Counted from the stretch's first letter, positions 23,916 through 40,200 are shown. The stretch is DNA of 64,000 bases from Auanema rhodensis (GCA_964057225.1 OZ059896.1:23312001-23376000); one strand, 5' to 3'. The notes: generated by a model from the sequence alone, not told the origin. Numbers and translations: made by a program.

Positions 23916-26555
23916 CGTGATGTGCACTTGGTATGTAACTCGCTTCACGTGAAAGATAAAGAGATGCGGTTTTCAAAATTAGATTCCCCATGTCCATATT
24001 AGTCTAAAAACAAATTTTTATTGATATTGGTTCATGGTAACCATGATTTTGAAATTTACGTGAACTTTAATTTATGCTAATTAAATGTACACGTGATGTG
24101 CACTTGATATGTAACTCGCTTCACGTGAAAGATAAAGAAATGCGGTTTTTAAAATTAGATTCCCCATGTCCATATTAGTCTAAAAACAAATTTTTATTAA
24201 TATTGGTTCATGGTAACCATGTCTTTGAAATTTACGTGAACTTTAATTTATGCTAATTAAATGTACACGTGATGTGCACTTGGTATGTAACTCGCTTCAC
24301 GTGAAAGATAAAGAGATGCGGTTTTCAAAATTAGATTCCCCATGTCCATATTAGTCTAAAAACAAATTTTTATTAATATTGGTTCATGGTAACCATGACT
24401 TTGAAATTTACGTGAACTTTAATTTATGCTAATTAAATGTACACGTGATGTGCACTTGGTATGTAACTCGCTTCACGTGAAAGATAAAGAGATGCGGTTT
24501 TCAAAATTAGATTCCCCATGTCCATATTAGTCTAAAAACAAATTTTTATTAATATTGGTTCATGGTAACCATGTCTTTGAAATTTACGTGAACTTTAATT
24601 TATGCTAATTAAATGTACACGTGATGTGCACTTGGTATGTAACTCGCTTCACGTGAAAGATAAAGAGATGCGGTTTTCAAAATTAGATTCCCCATGTCCA
24701 TATTGGTCTAAAAACAAATTTTTATTAATATTGGTTCATGGTAACCATGTCTTTGAAATTTACGTGAACTTTAATTTATGCTAATTAAATGTACACGTGA
24801 TGTGCACTTGGTATGTAACTCGCTTCACGTGAAAGATAAAGAGATGCGGTTTTCAAAATTAGATTCCCCATGTCCATATTAGTCTAAAAACAAATTTTTA
24901 TTGATATTGGTTCATGGTAACCATGATTTTGAAATTTACGTGAACTTTAATTTATGCTAATTAAATGTACACGTGATGTGCACTTGATATGTAACTCGCT
25001 TCACGTGAAAGATAAAGAAATGCGGTTTTTAAAATTAGATTCCCCATGTCCATATTAGTCTAAAAACAAATTTTTATTAATATTGGTTCATGGTAACCAT
25101 GTCTTTGAAATTTACGTGAACTTTAATTTATGCTAATTAAATGTACACGTGATGTGCACTTGGTATGTAACTCGCTTCACGTGAAAGATAAAGAGATGCG
25201 GTTTTCAAAATTAGATTCCCCATGTCCATATTAGTCTAAAAACAAATTTTTATTAATATTGGTTCATGGTAACCATGACTTTGAAATTTACGTGAACTTT
25301 AATTTATGCTAATTAAATGTACACGTGATGTGCACTTGGTATGTAACTCGCTTCACGTGAAAGATAAAGAGATGCGGTTTTCAAAATTAGATTCCCCATG
25401 TCCATATTAGTCTAAAAACAAATTTTTATTAATATTGGTTCATGGTAACCATGTCTTTGAAATTTACGTGAACTTTAATTTATGCTAATTAAATGTACAC
25501 GTGATGTGCACTTGGTATGTAACTCGCTTCACGTGAAAGATAAAGAGATGCGGTTTTCAAAATTAGATTCCCCATGTCCATATTGGTCTAAAAACAAATT
25601 TTTATTAATATTGGTTCATGGTAACCATGTCTTTGAAATTTACGTGAACTTTAATTTATGCTAATTAAATGTACACGTGATGTGCACTTGGTATGTAACT
25701 CGCTTCACGTGAAAGATAAAGAGATGCGGTTTTCAAAATTAGATTCCCCATGTCCATATTAGTCTAAAAACAAATTTTTATTGATATTGGTTCATGGTAA
25801 CCATGATTTTGAAATTTACGTGAACTTTAATTTATGCTAATTAAATGTACACGTGATGTGCACTTGATATGTAACTCGCTTCACGTGAAAGATAAAGAAA
25901 TGCGGTTTTTAAAATTAGATTCCCCATGTCCATATTAGTCTAAAAACAAATTTTTATTAATATTGGTTCATGGTAACCATGTCTTTGAAATTTACGTGAA
26001 CTTTAATTTATGCTAATTAAATGTACACGTGATGTGCACTTGGTATGTAACTCGCTTCACGTGAAAGATAAAGAGATGCGGTTTTCAAAATTAGATTCCC
26101 CATGTCCATATTAGTCTAAAAACAAATTTTTATTAATATTGGTTCATGGTAACCATGACTTTGAAATTTACGTGAACTTTAATTTATGCTAATTAAATGT
26201 ACACGTGATGTGCACTTGGTATGTAACTCGCTTCACGTGAAAGATAAAGAGATGCGGTTTTCAAAATTAGATTCCCCATGTCCATATTAGTCTAAAAACA
26301 AATTTTTATTAATATTGGTTCATGGTAACCATGTCTTTGAAATTTACGTGAACTTTAATTTATGCTAATTAAATGTACACGTGATGTGCACTTGGTATGT
26401 AACTCGCTTCACGTGAAAGATAAAGAGATGCGGTTTTCAAAATTAGATTCCCCATGTCCATATTGGTCTAAAAACAAATTTTTATTAATATTGGTTCATG
26501 GTAACCATGTCTTTGAAATTTACGTGAACTTTAATTTATGCTAATTAAATGTACA
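23916..26555 (+). repeat. Local higher-order repeat: 5-mer (880 bp) x3
   Basis: cacttgatat at 24101, 24981, 25861 and tattggtc at 24701, 25581, 26461. Also visible as ORFs at 24602, 25482, 26362. Confidence 0.92.
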
Positions 26556-27435
26556 CGTGATGTGCACTTGGTATGTAACTCGCTTCACGTGAAAGATAAA
26601 GAGATGCGGTTTTCAAAATTAGATTCCCCATGTCCATATTAGTCTAAAAACAAATTTTTATTAATATTGGTTCATGGTAACCATGTCTTTGAAATTTACG
26701 TGAACTTTAATTTATGCTAATTAAATGTACACGTGATGTGCACTTGGTATGTAACTCGCTTCACGTGAAAGATAAAGAAATGCGGTTTTCAAAATTAGAT
26801 TCCCCATGTCCATATTAGTCTAAAAACGAATTTTTATTAATATTGGTTCATGGTAACCATGACTTTGAAATTTACGTGAACTTTAATTTATGCTAATTAA
26901 ATGTACACGTGATGTGCACTTGGTATGTAACTCGCTTCACGTGAAAGATAAAGAGATGCGGTTTTCAAAATTAGATTCCCCATGTCCATATTAGTCTAAA
27001 AACAAATTTTTATTAATATTGGTTCATGGTAACCATGTCTTTGAAATTTACGTGAACTTTAATTTATGCTAATTAAATGTACACGTGATGTGCACTTGGT
27101 ATGTAACTCGCTTCACGTGAAAGATAAAGAGATGCGGTTTTCAAAATTAGATTCCCCATGTCCATATTAGTCTAAAAACAAATTTTTATTAATATTGGTT
27201 CATGGTAACCATGTCTTTGAAATTTACGTGAACTTTAATTTATGCTAATTAAATGTACACGTGATGTGCACTTGGTATGTAACTCGCTTCACGTGAAAGA
27301 TAAAGAGATGCGGTTTTCAAAATTAGATTCCCCATGTCCATATTAGTCTAAAAACAAATTTTTATTAATATTGGTTCATGGTAACCATGACTTTGAAATT
27401 TACGTGAACTTTAATTTATGCTAATTAAATGTACA

Positions 27436-28491
27436 CGTGATGTGCACTTGGTATGTAACTCGCTTCACGTGAAAGATAAAGAGATGCGGTTTTCAAAATT
27501 AGATTCCCCATGTCGATATTAGTCTAAAAACAAATTTTTATTAATATTGGTTCATGGTAACCATGTCTTTGAAATTTACGTGAACTTTAATTTATGCTAA
27601 TTAAATGTACACGTGATGTGCACTTGGTATGTAACTCGCTTCACGTGAAAGTTAAAGAGATGCGGTTTTCAAAATTAGATTCCCCATGTCCATTTTAGTC
27701 TAAAAACAAATTTTTATTGATATTGGTTCATGGTAACCATGACTTTGAAATTTACGTGAACTTTAATTTATGCTAATTAAATGTACACGTGATGTGCACT
27801 TGGTATGTAACTCGCTTCACGTGAAAGATAAAGAGATGCGGTTTTCAAAATTAGATTCCCCATGTCCATATTAGTCTAAAAACAAATTTTTATTAATATT
27901 GGTTCATGGTAACCATGTCTTTGAAATTTACGTGAACTTTAATTTATGCTAATTAAATGTACACGTGATGTGCACTTGGTATGTAACTCGCTTCACGTGA
28001 AAGATAAAGAGATGCGGTTTTCAAAATTAGATTCCCCATGTCGATATTAGTCTAAAAACAAATTTTTATTAATATTGGTTCATGGTAACCATGTCTTTGA
28101 AATTTACGTGAACTTTAATTTATGCTAATTAAATGTACACGTGATGTGCACTTGGTATGTAACTCGCTTCACGTGAAAGTTAAAGAGATGCGGTTTTCAA
28201 AATTAGATTCCCCATGTCCATTTTAGTCTAAAAACAAATTTTTATTGATATTGGTTCATGGTAACCATGACTTTGAAATTTACGTGAACTTTAATTTATG
28301 CTAATTAAATGTACACGTGATGTGCACTTGGTATGTAACTCGCTTCACGTGAAAGATAAAGAGATGCGGTTTTCAAAATTAGATTCCCCATGTCCATATT
28401 AGTCTAAAAACAAATTTTTATTAATATTGGTTCATGGTAACCATGTCTTTGAAATTTACGTGAACTTTAATTTATGCTAATTAAATGTACA
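27436..28491 (+). repeat. Local higher-order repeat: 3-mer (528 bp) x2, with further partial copies to ~29.7 kb
   Basis: gtcgat variant at 27515/28043 (again at 28747, 29275) and aagttaaag at ~27652/28180. Confidence 0.8.
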
Positions 28492-31400
28492 CGTGATGTG
28501 CACTTGGTATGTAACTCGCTTCACGTGAAAGATAAAGAGATGCGGTTTTCAAAATTAGATTCCCCATGTCCATATTAGTCTAAAAACAAATTTTTATTGA
28601 TATTGGTTCATGGTAACCATGATTTTGAAATTTACGTGAACTTTAATTTATGCTAATTAAATGTACACGTGATGTGCACTTGATATGTAACTCGCTTCAC
28701 GTGAAAGATAAAGAAATGCGGTTTTCAAAATTAGATTCCCCATGTCGATATTAGTCTAAAAACAAATTTTTATTAATATTGGTTCATGGTAACCATGTCT
28801 TTGAAATTTACGTGAACTTTAATTTATGCTAATTAAATGTACACGTGATGTGCACTTGGTATGTAACTCGCTTCACGTGAAAGTTAAAGAGATGCGGTTT
28901 TCAAAATTAGATTCCCCATGTCCATTTTAGTCTAAAAACAAATTTTTATTGATATTGGTTCATGGTAACCATGACTTTGAAATTTACGTGAACTTTAATT
29001 TATGCTAATTAAATGTACACGTGATGTGCACTTGGTATGTAACTCGCTTCACGTGAAAGATAAAGAGATGCGGTTTTCAAAATTAGATTCCCCATGTCCA
29101 TTTTAGTCTAAAAACAAATTTTTATTGATATTGGTTCATGGTAACCATGACTTTGAAATTTACGTGAACTTTAATTTATGCTAATTAAATGTACACGTGA
29201 TGTGCACTTGGTATGTAACTCGCTTCACGTGAAAGATAAAGAGATGCGGTTTTCAAAATTAGATTCCCCATGTCGATATTAGTCTAAAAACAAATTTTTA
29301 TTAATATTGGTTCATGGTAACCATGTCTTTGAAATTTACGTGAACTTTAATTTATGCTAATTAAATGTACACGTGATGTGCACTTGGTATGTAACTCGCT
29401 TCACGTGAAAGATAAAGAGATGCGGTTTCCAAAATTAGATTCCCCATTTCCATATTAGTCTAAAAACAAATTTTTATTAATATTGGTTCATGGTAACCAT
29501 GTCTTTGAAATTTACGTGAACTTTAATTTATGCTAATTAAATGTACACGTGATGTGCACTTGGTATGTAACTCGCTTCACGTGAAAGTTAAAGAGATGCG
29601 GTTTCCAAAATTAGATTCCCCATTTCCATATTAGTCTAAAAACAAATTTTTATTGATATTGGTTCATGGTAACCATGACTTTGAAATTTACGTGAACTTT
29701 AATTTATGCTAATTAAATGTACACGTGATGTGCACTTGGTATGTAACTCGCTTCACGTGAAAGATAAAGAGATGCGGTTTTCAAAATTAGATTCCCCATG
29801 TCCATATTAGTCTAAAAACAAATTTTTATTAATATTGGTTCATGGTAACCATGACTTTGAAATTTACGTGAACTTTAATTTATGCTAATTAAATGTACAC
29901 GTGATGTGCACTTGGTATGTAACTCGCTTCACGTGAAAGATAAAGAGATGCGGTTTTCAAAATTAGATTCCCCATGTCCATATTAGTCTAAAAACAAATT
30001 TTTATTAATATTGGTTCATGGTAACCATGTCTTTGAAATTTACGTGAACTTTAATTTATGCTAATTAAATGTACACGTGATGTGCACTTGGTATGTAACT
30101 CGCTTCACGTGAAAGATAAAGAGATGCGGTTTTCAAAATTAGATTCTCCATGTCCATATTAGTCTAAAAACAAATTTTTATTAATATTGGTTCATGGTAA
30201 CCATGTCTTTGAAATTTACGTGAACTTTAATTTATGCTAATTAAATGTACACGTGATGTGCACTTGGTATGTAACTCGCTTCACGTGAAAGATAAAGAGA
30301 TGCGGTTTTCAAAATTAGATTCCCCATGTCCATATTAGTCTAAAAACAAATTTTTATTGATATTGGTTCATGGTAACCATGACTTTGAAATTTACGTGAA
30401 CTTTAATTTATGCTAATTAAATGTACACGTGATGTGCACTTGGTATGTAACTCGCTTCACGTGAAAGATAAAGAGATGCGGTTTTCAAAATTAGATTCCC
30501 CATGTTCATATTAGTCTAAAAACAAATTTTTATTGATATTGGTTCATGGTAACCATGACTTTGAAATTTACGTGAACTTTAATTTATGCTAATTAAATGT
30601 ACACGTGATGTGCACTTGGTATGTAACTCGCTTCACGTGAAAGATAAAGAGATGCGGTTTTCAAAATTAGATTCCCCATGTCCATATTAGTCTAAAAACA
30701 AATTTTTATTAATATTGGTTCATGGTAACCATGTCTTTGAAATTTACGTGAACTTTAATTTATGCTAATTAAATGTACACGTGATGTGCACTTGGTATGT
30801 AACTCGCTTCACGTGAAAGATAAAAAGATGCGGTTTTCAAAATTAGATTCCCCATGTCCATTTTAGTCTAAAAACAAATTTTTATTGATATTGGTTCATG
30901 GTAACCATGACTTTGAAATTTACGTGAACTTTAATTTATGCTAATTAAATGTACACGTGATGTGCACTTGGTATGTAACTCGCTTCACGTGAAAGATAAA
31001 GAGATGCGGTTTTCAAAATTAGATTCTCCATGTCCATATTAGTCTAAAAACAAATTTTTATTAATATTGGTTCATGGTAACCATGTCTTTGAAATTTACG
31101 TGAACTTTAATTTATGCTAATTAAATGTACACGTGATGTGCACTTGGTATGTAACTCGCTTCACGTGAAAGATAAAGAGATGCGGTTTTCAAAATTAGAT
31201 TCCCCATGTCCATATTAGTCTAAAAACAAATTTTTATTGATATTGGTTCATGGTAACCATGACTTTGAAATTTACGTGAACTTTAATTTATGCTAATTAA
31301 ATGTACACGTGATGTGCACTTGGTATGTAACTCGCTTCACGTGAAAGATAAAGAGATGCGGTTTTCAAAATTAGATTCCCCATGTTCATATTAGTCTAAA

Positions 31401-34400
31401 AACAAATTTTTATTGATATTGGTTCATGGTAACCATGTTTTTGAAATTTACGTGAACTTTAATTTATGCTAATTAAATGTACACGTGATGTGCACTTGGT
31501 ATGTAACTCGCTTCACGTGAAAGATAAAGAAATGCGGTTTTCAAAATTAGATTCCCCATGTCCATTTTAGTCTAAAAACAAATTTTTATTGATATTGGTT
31601 CATGGTAACCATGACTTTGAAATTTACGTGAACTTTAATTTATGCTAATTAAATGTACACGTGATGTGCACTTGGTATGTAACTCGCTTCACGTGAAAGA
31701 TAAAGAGATGCGGTTTTCAAAATTAGATTCCCCATGTCCATATTAGTCTAAAAAGAAATTTTTATTGATATTGGTTCTTGGTAACCATGACTTTGAAATT
31801 TACGTGAACTTTAATTTATGCTAATTAAATGTACACGTGATGTGCACTTGGTATGTAACTCGCTTCACGTGAAAGATAAAGAGATGCGGTTTTCGAAATT
31901 AGATTCCCCATGTCCATATTAGTCTAAAAACAAATTTTTATTAATATTGGTTCATGGTAACCATGTCTTTGAAATTTACGTGAACTTTAATTTATGCTAA
32001 TTAAATGTACACGTGATGTGCACTTGGTATGTAACTCGCTTCACGTGAAAGATAAAGAGATGCGGTTTTCAAAATTAGATTCCCCATGTCCATATTAGTC
32101 TAAAAACAAATTTTTATTGATATTGGTTCATGGTAACCATGACTTTGAAATTTACGTGAACTTTAATTTATGCTAATTAAATGTACACTTGATGTGCACT
32201 TGGTATGTAACTCGCTTCACGTGAAAGATAAAGAGATGCGGTTTTCAAAATTAGATTCCCCATGTCCATATTAGTCTAAAAACAAATTTTTATTGATATT
32301 GGTTCATGGTAACCATGACTTTGAAATTTACGTGAACTTTAATTTATGCTAATTAAATGTACACGTGATGTGCACTTGGTATGTAACTCGCTTCACGTGA
32401 AAGATAAAGAGATGCGGTTTTCAAAATTAGATTCCCCATGTCCATATTAGTATAAAAACAAATTTTTATTAATATTGGTTCATGGTAACCATGACTTTGA
32501 AATTTACGTGAACTTTAATTTATGCTAATTAAATGTACACGTGATGTGCACTTGGTATGTAACTCGCTTCACGTGAAAGATAAAGAGATGCGGTTTTCGA
32601 AATTAGATTCCCCATGTCCATATTAGTCTAAAAACAAATTTTTATTAATATTGGTTCATGGTAACCATGTCTTTGAAATTTACGTGAACTTTAATTTATG
32701 CTAATTAAATGTACACGTGATGTGCACTTGGTATGTAACTCGCTTCACGTGAAAGATAAAGAGATGCGGTTTTCGAAATTAGATTCCCCATGTCCATATT
32801 AGTCTAAAAACAAATTTTTATTAATATTGGTTCATGGTAACCATGTCTTTGAAATTTACGTGAACTTTAATTTATGCTAATTAAATGTACACGTGATGTG
32901 CACTTGGTATGTAACTCGCTTCACGTGAAAGATAAAGAGATGCGGTTTTCAAAATTAGATTCCCCATGTCCATATTAGTCTAAAAACAAATTTTTATTGA
33001 TATTGGTTCATGGTAACCATGACTTTGAAATTTACGTGAACTTTAATTTATGCTAATTAAATGTACACTTGATGTGCACTTGGTATGTAACTCGCTTCAC
33101 GTGAAAGATAAAGAGATGCGGTTTTCACAATTAGATTCCCCATGTCCATATTAGTCTAAAAACAAATTTTTATTGATATTGGTTCATGGTAACCATGACT
33201 TTGAAATTTATGTGAACTTTAATTTATGCTATTTAAATGTACACGTGATGTGCACTTGGTATGTAACTCGCTTCACGTGAAAGATAAACAGATGCGGTTT
33301 TCAAAATTAGATTCCCCATGTTCATATTAGTCTAAAAACAAATTTTTATTGATATTGGTTCATGGTAACCATGTTTTTGAAATTTACGTGAACTTTAATT
33401 TATGCTAATTAAATGTACACGTGATGTGCACTTGGTATGTAACTCGCTTCACGTGAAAGATAAAGAAATGCGGTTTTCAAAATTAGATTCCCCATGTCCA
33501 TTTTAGTCTAAAAACAAATTTTTATTGATATTGGTTCATGGTAACCATGACTTTGAAATTTACGTGAACTTTAATTTATGCTAATTAAATGTACACGTGA
33601 TGTGCACTTGGTATGTAACTCGCTTCACGTGAAAGATAAAGAGATGCGGTTTTCAAAATTAGATTCCCCATGTCCATATTAGTCTAAAAACAAATTTTTA
33701 TTAATATTGGTTCATGGTAACCATGTCTTTGAAATTTACGTGAACTTTAATTTATGCTAATTAAATGTACACGTGATGTGCACTTGGTATGTAACTCGCT
33801 TCACGTGAAAGATAAAGAGATGCGGTTTTCAAAATTAGATTCCCCATGTCCATATTAGTCTAAAAACAAATTTTTATTGATATTGGTTCATGGTAACCAT
33901 GACTTTGAAATTTACGTGAACTTTAATTTATGCTAATTAAATGTACACTTGATGTGCACTTGGTATGTAACTCGCTTCACGTGAAAGATAAAGAGATGCG
34001 GTTTTCAAAATTAGATTCCCCATGTCCATATTAGTCTAAAAACAAATTTTTATTGATATTGGTTCATGGTAACCATGACTTTGAAATTTACGTGAACTTT
34101 AATTTATGCTAATTAAATGTACACGTGATGTGCACTTGGTATGTAACTCGCTTCACGTGAAAGATAAAGAGATGCGGTTTTCAAAATTAGATTCCCCATG
34201 TCCATATTAGTATAAAAACAAATTTTTATTAATATTGGTTCATGGTAACCATGTCTTTGAAATTTACGTGAACTTTAATTTATGCTAATTAAATGTACAC
34301 GTGATGTGCACTTGGTATGTAACTCGCTTCACGTGAAAGATAAAGAGATGCGGTTTTCAAAATTAGATTCCCCATGTCCATATTAGTCTAAAAACAAATT

Positions 34401-35707
34401 TTTATTGATATTGGTTCATGGTAACCATGACTTTGAAATTTACGTGAACTTTAATTTATGCTAATTAAATGTACACGTGATGTGCACTTGGTATGTAACT
34501 CGCTTCACGTGAAAGATAAAGAGATGCGGTTTTCAAAATTAGATTCCCCATGTCCATATTAGTCTAAAAACAAATTTTTATTGATATTGGTTCATGGTAA
34601 CCATGACTTTGAAATTTACGTGAACTTTAATTTATGCTAATTAAATGTACACGTGATGTGCACTTGGTATGTAACTCGCTTCACGTGAAAGATAAAGAGA
34701 TGCGGTTTTCAAAATTAGATTCCCTATGTCCATATTAGTCTAAAAACAAATTTTTATTAATATTGGTTCATGGTAACCATGTCTTTGAAATTTACGTGAA
34801 CTTTAATTTATGCTAATTAAATGTACACGTGATGTGCACTTGGTATGTAACTCGCTTCACGTGAAAGATAAACAGATGCGGTTTTCAAAATTAGATTCCC
34901 CATGTCCATATTAGTCTAAAAACAAATTTTTATTGATATTGGTTCATGGTAACCATGATTTTGAAATTTACGTGAACTTTAATTTATGCTAATTAAATGT
35001 ACACGTGATGTGCACTTGGTATGTAACTCGCTTCACGTGAAAGATAAAGAGATGCGGTTTTCAAAATTAGATTCCCCATGTCCATATTAGTCTAAAAACA
35101 AATTTTTATTGATATTGGTTCATGGTAACCATGATTTTGAAATTTACGTGAACTTTAATTTATGCTAATTAAATGTACACGTGATGTGCACTTGGTATGT
35201 AACTCGCTTCACGTGAAAGATAAACAAATGCGGTTTTCAAAATTAGATTCCCCATGTCCATTTTAGTCTAAAAACAAATTTTTATTGATATTGGTTCATG
35301 GTAACCATGACTTTGAAATTTACGTGAACTTTAATTTATGCTAATTAAATGTACACGTGATGTGCACTTGGTATGTAACTCGCTTCACGTGAAAGATAAA
35401 GAGATGCGGTTTTCAAAATTAGATTCCCCATGTCCATATTAGTCTAAAAACAAATTTTTATTGATATTGGTTTATGGTAACCATGACTTTGAAATTTACG
35501 TGAACTTTAATTTATGCTAATTAAATGTACACGTGATGTGCACTTGGTATGTAACTCGCTTCACGTGAAAGATAAAGAGATGCGGTTTTCAAAATTAGAT
35601 TCCCCATGTCCATATTAGTCTAAAATCAAATTTTTATTAATATTGGTTCATGGTAACCATGTCTTTGAAATTTACGTGAACTTTAATTTATGCTAATTAA
35701 ATGTACA

Positions 35708-37291
35708 CGTGATGTGCACTTGGTATGTAACTCGCTTCACGTGTAAGATAAAGAGATGCGGTTTTCAAAATTAGATTCCCCATGTCCATATTAGTCTAAA
35801 AACAAATTTTTATTGATATTGGTTCATGGTAACCATGACTTTGAAATTTACGTGAACTTTAATTTATGCTAATTAAATGTACACGTGATGTGCACTTGGT
35901 ATGTAACTCGCTTCACGTGAAAGATAAAGAGATGCGGTTTTCAAAATTAGATTCCCCATGTCCATATTAGTCTAAAAACAAATTTTTATTAATATTGGTT
36001 CATGGTAACCATGTCTTTGAAATTTACGTGAACTTTAATTTATGCTAATTAAATGTACACGTGATGTGCACTTGGTATGTAACTCGCTTCACGTGAAAGA
36101 TAAAGAGATGCGGTTTTCAAAATTAGATTCCCCATGTCCATATTAGTCTAAAAACAAATTTTTATTGATATTGGTTCATGGTAACCATGACTTTGAAATT
36201 TACGTGAACTTTAATTTATGCTAATTAAATGTACACGTGATGTGCACTTGGTATGTAACTCGCTTCACGTGTAAGATAAAGAGATGCGGTTTTCAAAATT
36301 AGATTCCCCATGTCCATATTAGTCTAAAAACAAATTTTTATTGATATTGGTTCATGGTAACCATGACTTTGAAATTTACGTGAACTTTAATTTATGCTAA
36401 TTAAATGTACACGTGATGTGCACTTGGTATGTAACTCGCTTCACGTGAAAGATAAAGAGATGCGGTTTTCAAAATTAGATTCCCCATGTCCATATTAGTC
36501 TAAAAACAAATTTTTATTAATATTGGTTCATGGTAACCATGTCTTTGAAATTTACGTGAACTTTAATTTATGCTAATTAAATGTACACGTGATGTGCACT
36601 TGGTATGTAACTCGCTTCACGTGAAAGATAAAGAGATGCGGTTTTCAAAATTAGATTCCCCATGTCCATATTAGTCTAAAAACAAATTTTTATTGATATT
36701 GGTTCATGGTAACCATGACTTTGAAATTTACGTGAACTTTAATTTATGCTAATTAAATGTACACGTGATGTGCACTTGGTATGTAACTCGCTTCACGTGT
36801 AAGATAAAGAGATGCGGTTTTCAAAATTAGATTCCCCATGTCCATATTAGTCTAAAAACAAATTGTTATTGATATTGGTTCATGGTAACCATGTCTTTGA
36901 AATTTACGTGAACTTTAATTTATGCTAATTAAATGTACACGTGATGTGCACTTGGTATGTAACTCGCTTCACGTGAAAGATAAAGAGATGCGGTTTTCAA
37001 AATTAGATTCCCCATGTCCATATTAGTCTAAAAACAAATTTTTATTAATATTGGTTCATGGTAACCATGTCTTTGAAATTTACGTGAACTTTAATTTATG
37101 CTAATTAAATGTACACGTGATGTGCACTTGGTATGTAACTCGCTTCACGTGAAAGATAAAGAGATGCGGTTTTCAAAATTAGATTCCCCATGTCCATATT
37201 AGTCTAAAAACAAATTTTTATTGATATTGGTTCATGGTAACCATGTCTTTGAAATTTACGTGAACTTTAATTTATGCTAATTAAATGTACA
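35708..37291 (+). repeat. Local higher-order repeat: 3-mer (528 bp) x~3
   Basis: cacgtgtaag variant at 35744, 36272, 36800, with a further copy 880 bp later at 37680. Confidence 0.75.
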
Positions 37292-40200
37292 CGTGATGTG
37301 CACTTGGTATGTAACTCGCTTCACGTGAAAGATAAAGAGATGCGGTTTTCAAAATTAGATTCCCCATGTCCATATTAGTCTAAAAACAAATTTTTATTAA
37401 TATTGGTTCATGGTAACCATGTCTTTGAAATTTACGTGAACTTTAATTTATGCTAATTAAATGTACACGTGATGTGCACTTGGTATGTAACTCGCTTCAC
37501 GTGAAAGATAAAGAGATGCGGTTTTCAAAATTAGATTCCCCATGTCCATATTAGTCTAAAAACAAATTTTTATTGATATTGGTTCATGGTAACCATGACT
37601 TTGAAATTTACGTGAACTTTAATTTATGCTAATTAAATGAACACGTGATGTGCACTTGGTATGTAACTCGCTTCACGTGTAAGATAAAGAGATGCGGTTT
37701 TCAAAATTAGATTCCCCATGTCCATATTAGTCTAAAAACAAATTGTTATTGATATTGGTTCATGGTAACCATGTCTTTGAAATTTACGTGAACTTTAATT
37801 TATGCTAATTAAATGTACACGTGATGTGCACTTGGTATGTAACTCGCTTCACGTGAAAGATAAAGAGATGCGGTTTTCAAAATTAGATTCCCCATGTCCA
37901 TATTAGTCTAAAAACAAATTTTTATTAATATTGGTTCATGGTAACCATGTCTTTGAAATTTACGTGAACTTTAATTTATGCTAATTAAATGTACACGTGA
38001 TGTGCACTTGGTATGTAACTCGCTTCACGTGAAAGATAAAGAGATGCGGTTTTCAAAATTAGATTACCCATGTCCATATTAGTCTAAAAACAAATTTTTA
38101 TTAATATTGGTTCATGGTAACCATGTCTTTGAAATTTACGTGAACTTTAATTTATGCTAATTAAATGTACACGTGATGTGCACTTGGTATGTAACTCGCT
38201 TCACGTGAAAGATAAAGAGATGCGGTTTTCAAAATTAGATTCCCCATGCCCATATTAGTCTAAAAACAAATTTTTATTGATATTGGTTCATGGTAACCAT
38301 GACTTTGAAATTTACGTGAACTTTAATTTATGCTAATTAAATGTACACGTGATGTGCACTTGGTATGTAACTCGCTTCACGTGAAAGATAAAGAGATGCG
38401 GTTTTCAAAATTAGATTCCCCATGTCCATATTAGTCTAAAAACAAATTTTTATTGATATTGGTTCATGGTAACCATGACTTTGAAATTTACGTGAACTTT
38501 AATTTATGCTAATTAAATGTACACGTGATGTGCACTTGGTATGTAACTCGCTTCACGTGAAAGATAAAGAGATGCGGTTTTCAAAATTAGATTCCCCATG
38601 TCCATATTAGTATAAAAACAAATTTTTATTAATATTGGTTCATGGTAACCATGTCTTTGAAATTTACGTGAACTTTAATTTATGTTAATTAAATGTACAC
38701 GTGATGTGCACTTGGTATGTAACTCGCTTCACGTGAAAGATAAAGAGATGCGGTTTTCAAAATTAGATTCCCCATGTCCATATTAGTCTAAAAACAAATT
38801 TTTATTGATATTGGTTCATGGTAACCATGACTTTGAAATTTACGTGAACTTTAATTTATGCTAATTAAATGTACACGTGATGTGCACTTGGTATGTAACT
38901 CGCTTCACGTGAAAGATAAAGAGATGCGGTTTTCAAAATTAGATTCCCCATGTCCATATTAGTCTAAAAACAAATTTTTATTGATATTGGTTCATGGTAA
39001 CCATGACTTTGAAATTTACGTGAACTTTAATTTATGCTAATTAAATGTACACGTGATGTGCTCTTGGTATGTAACTCGCTTCACGTGAAAGATAAAGAGA
39101 TGCGGTTTTCAAAATTAGATTCCCCATGTCCATATTAGTCTAAAAACAAATTTTTATTGATATTGGTTCATGGTAACCATGACTTTGAAATTTACGTGAA
39201 CTTTAATTTATGCTAATTAAATGTACACGTGATGTGCACTTGGTATGTAACTCGCTTCACGTGAAAGATAAAGAGATTCGGTTTTCAAAATTAGATTCCC
39301 CATGTCCATATTAGTCTAAAAACAAATTTTTATTAATATTGGTTCATGGTAACCATGTCTTTGAAATTTACGTGAACTTTAATTTATGCTAATTAAATGT
39401 ACACGTGATGTGTACTTGGTATGTAACTCGCTTCACGTGAAAGATAAAGAGATGCGGTTTTCAAAATTAGATTCCCCATGTCCATATTAGTCTAAAAACA
39501 AATTTTTATTAATATTGGTTCATGGTAACCATGTCTTTGAAATTTACGTGAACTTTAATTTATGCTAATTAAATGTACACGTGATGTGCACTTGGTATAT
39601 AACTCGCTTCACGTGAAAGATAAAGAGATGCGGTTTTCAAAATTAGATTCCCCATGTCCATATTAGTCTAAAAACAAATTTTTATTAATATTGGTTCATG
39701 GTAACCATGTCTTTGAAATTTACGTGAACTTTAATTTATGCTAATTAAATGTACACGTGATGTGCACTTGGTATGTAACTCGCTTCACGTGAAAGATAAA
39801 GAGATGCGGTTTTCAAAATTAAATTCCCCATGTCCATATTAGTCTAAAAACAAATTTTTATTAATATTGGTTCATGGTAACCATGTCTTTGAAATTTACG
39901 TGAACTTTAATTTATGCTAATTAAATGCACACGTGATGTGCACTTGGTATGTAACTCGCTTCACGTGAAAGATAAAGAGATGCGGTTTTCAAAATTAAAT
40001 TCCCCATGTCCATATTAGTCTAAAAACAAATTTTTATTGATATTGGTTCATGGTAACCATGACTTTGAAATTTACGTGAACTTTAATTTATGCTAATTAA
40101 ATGTACACGTGATGTGCACTTGGTATGTAACTCGCTTCACGTGAAAGATAAAGAGATGCGGTTTTCAAAATTAGATTCTCCATGTCCATATTAGTCTAAA

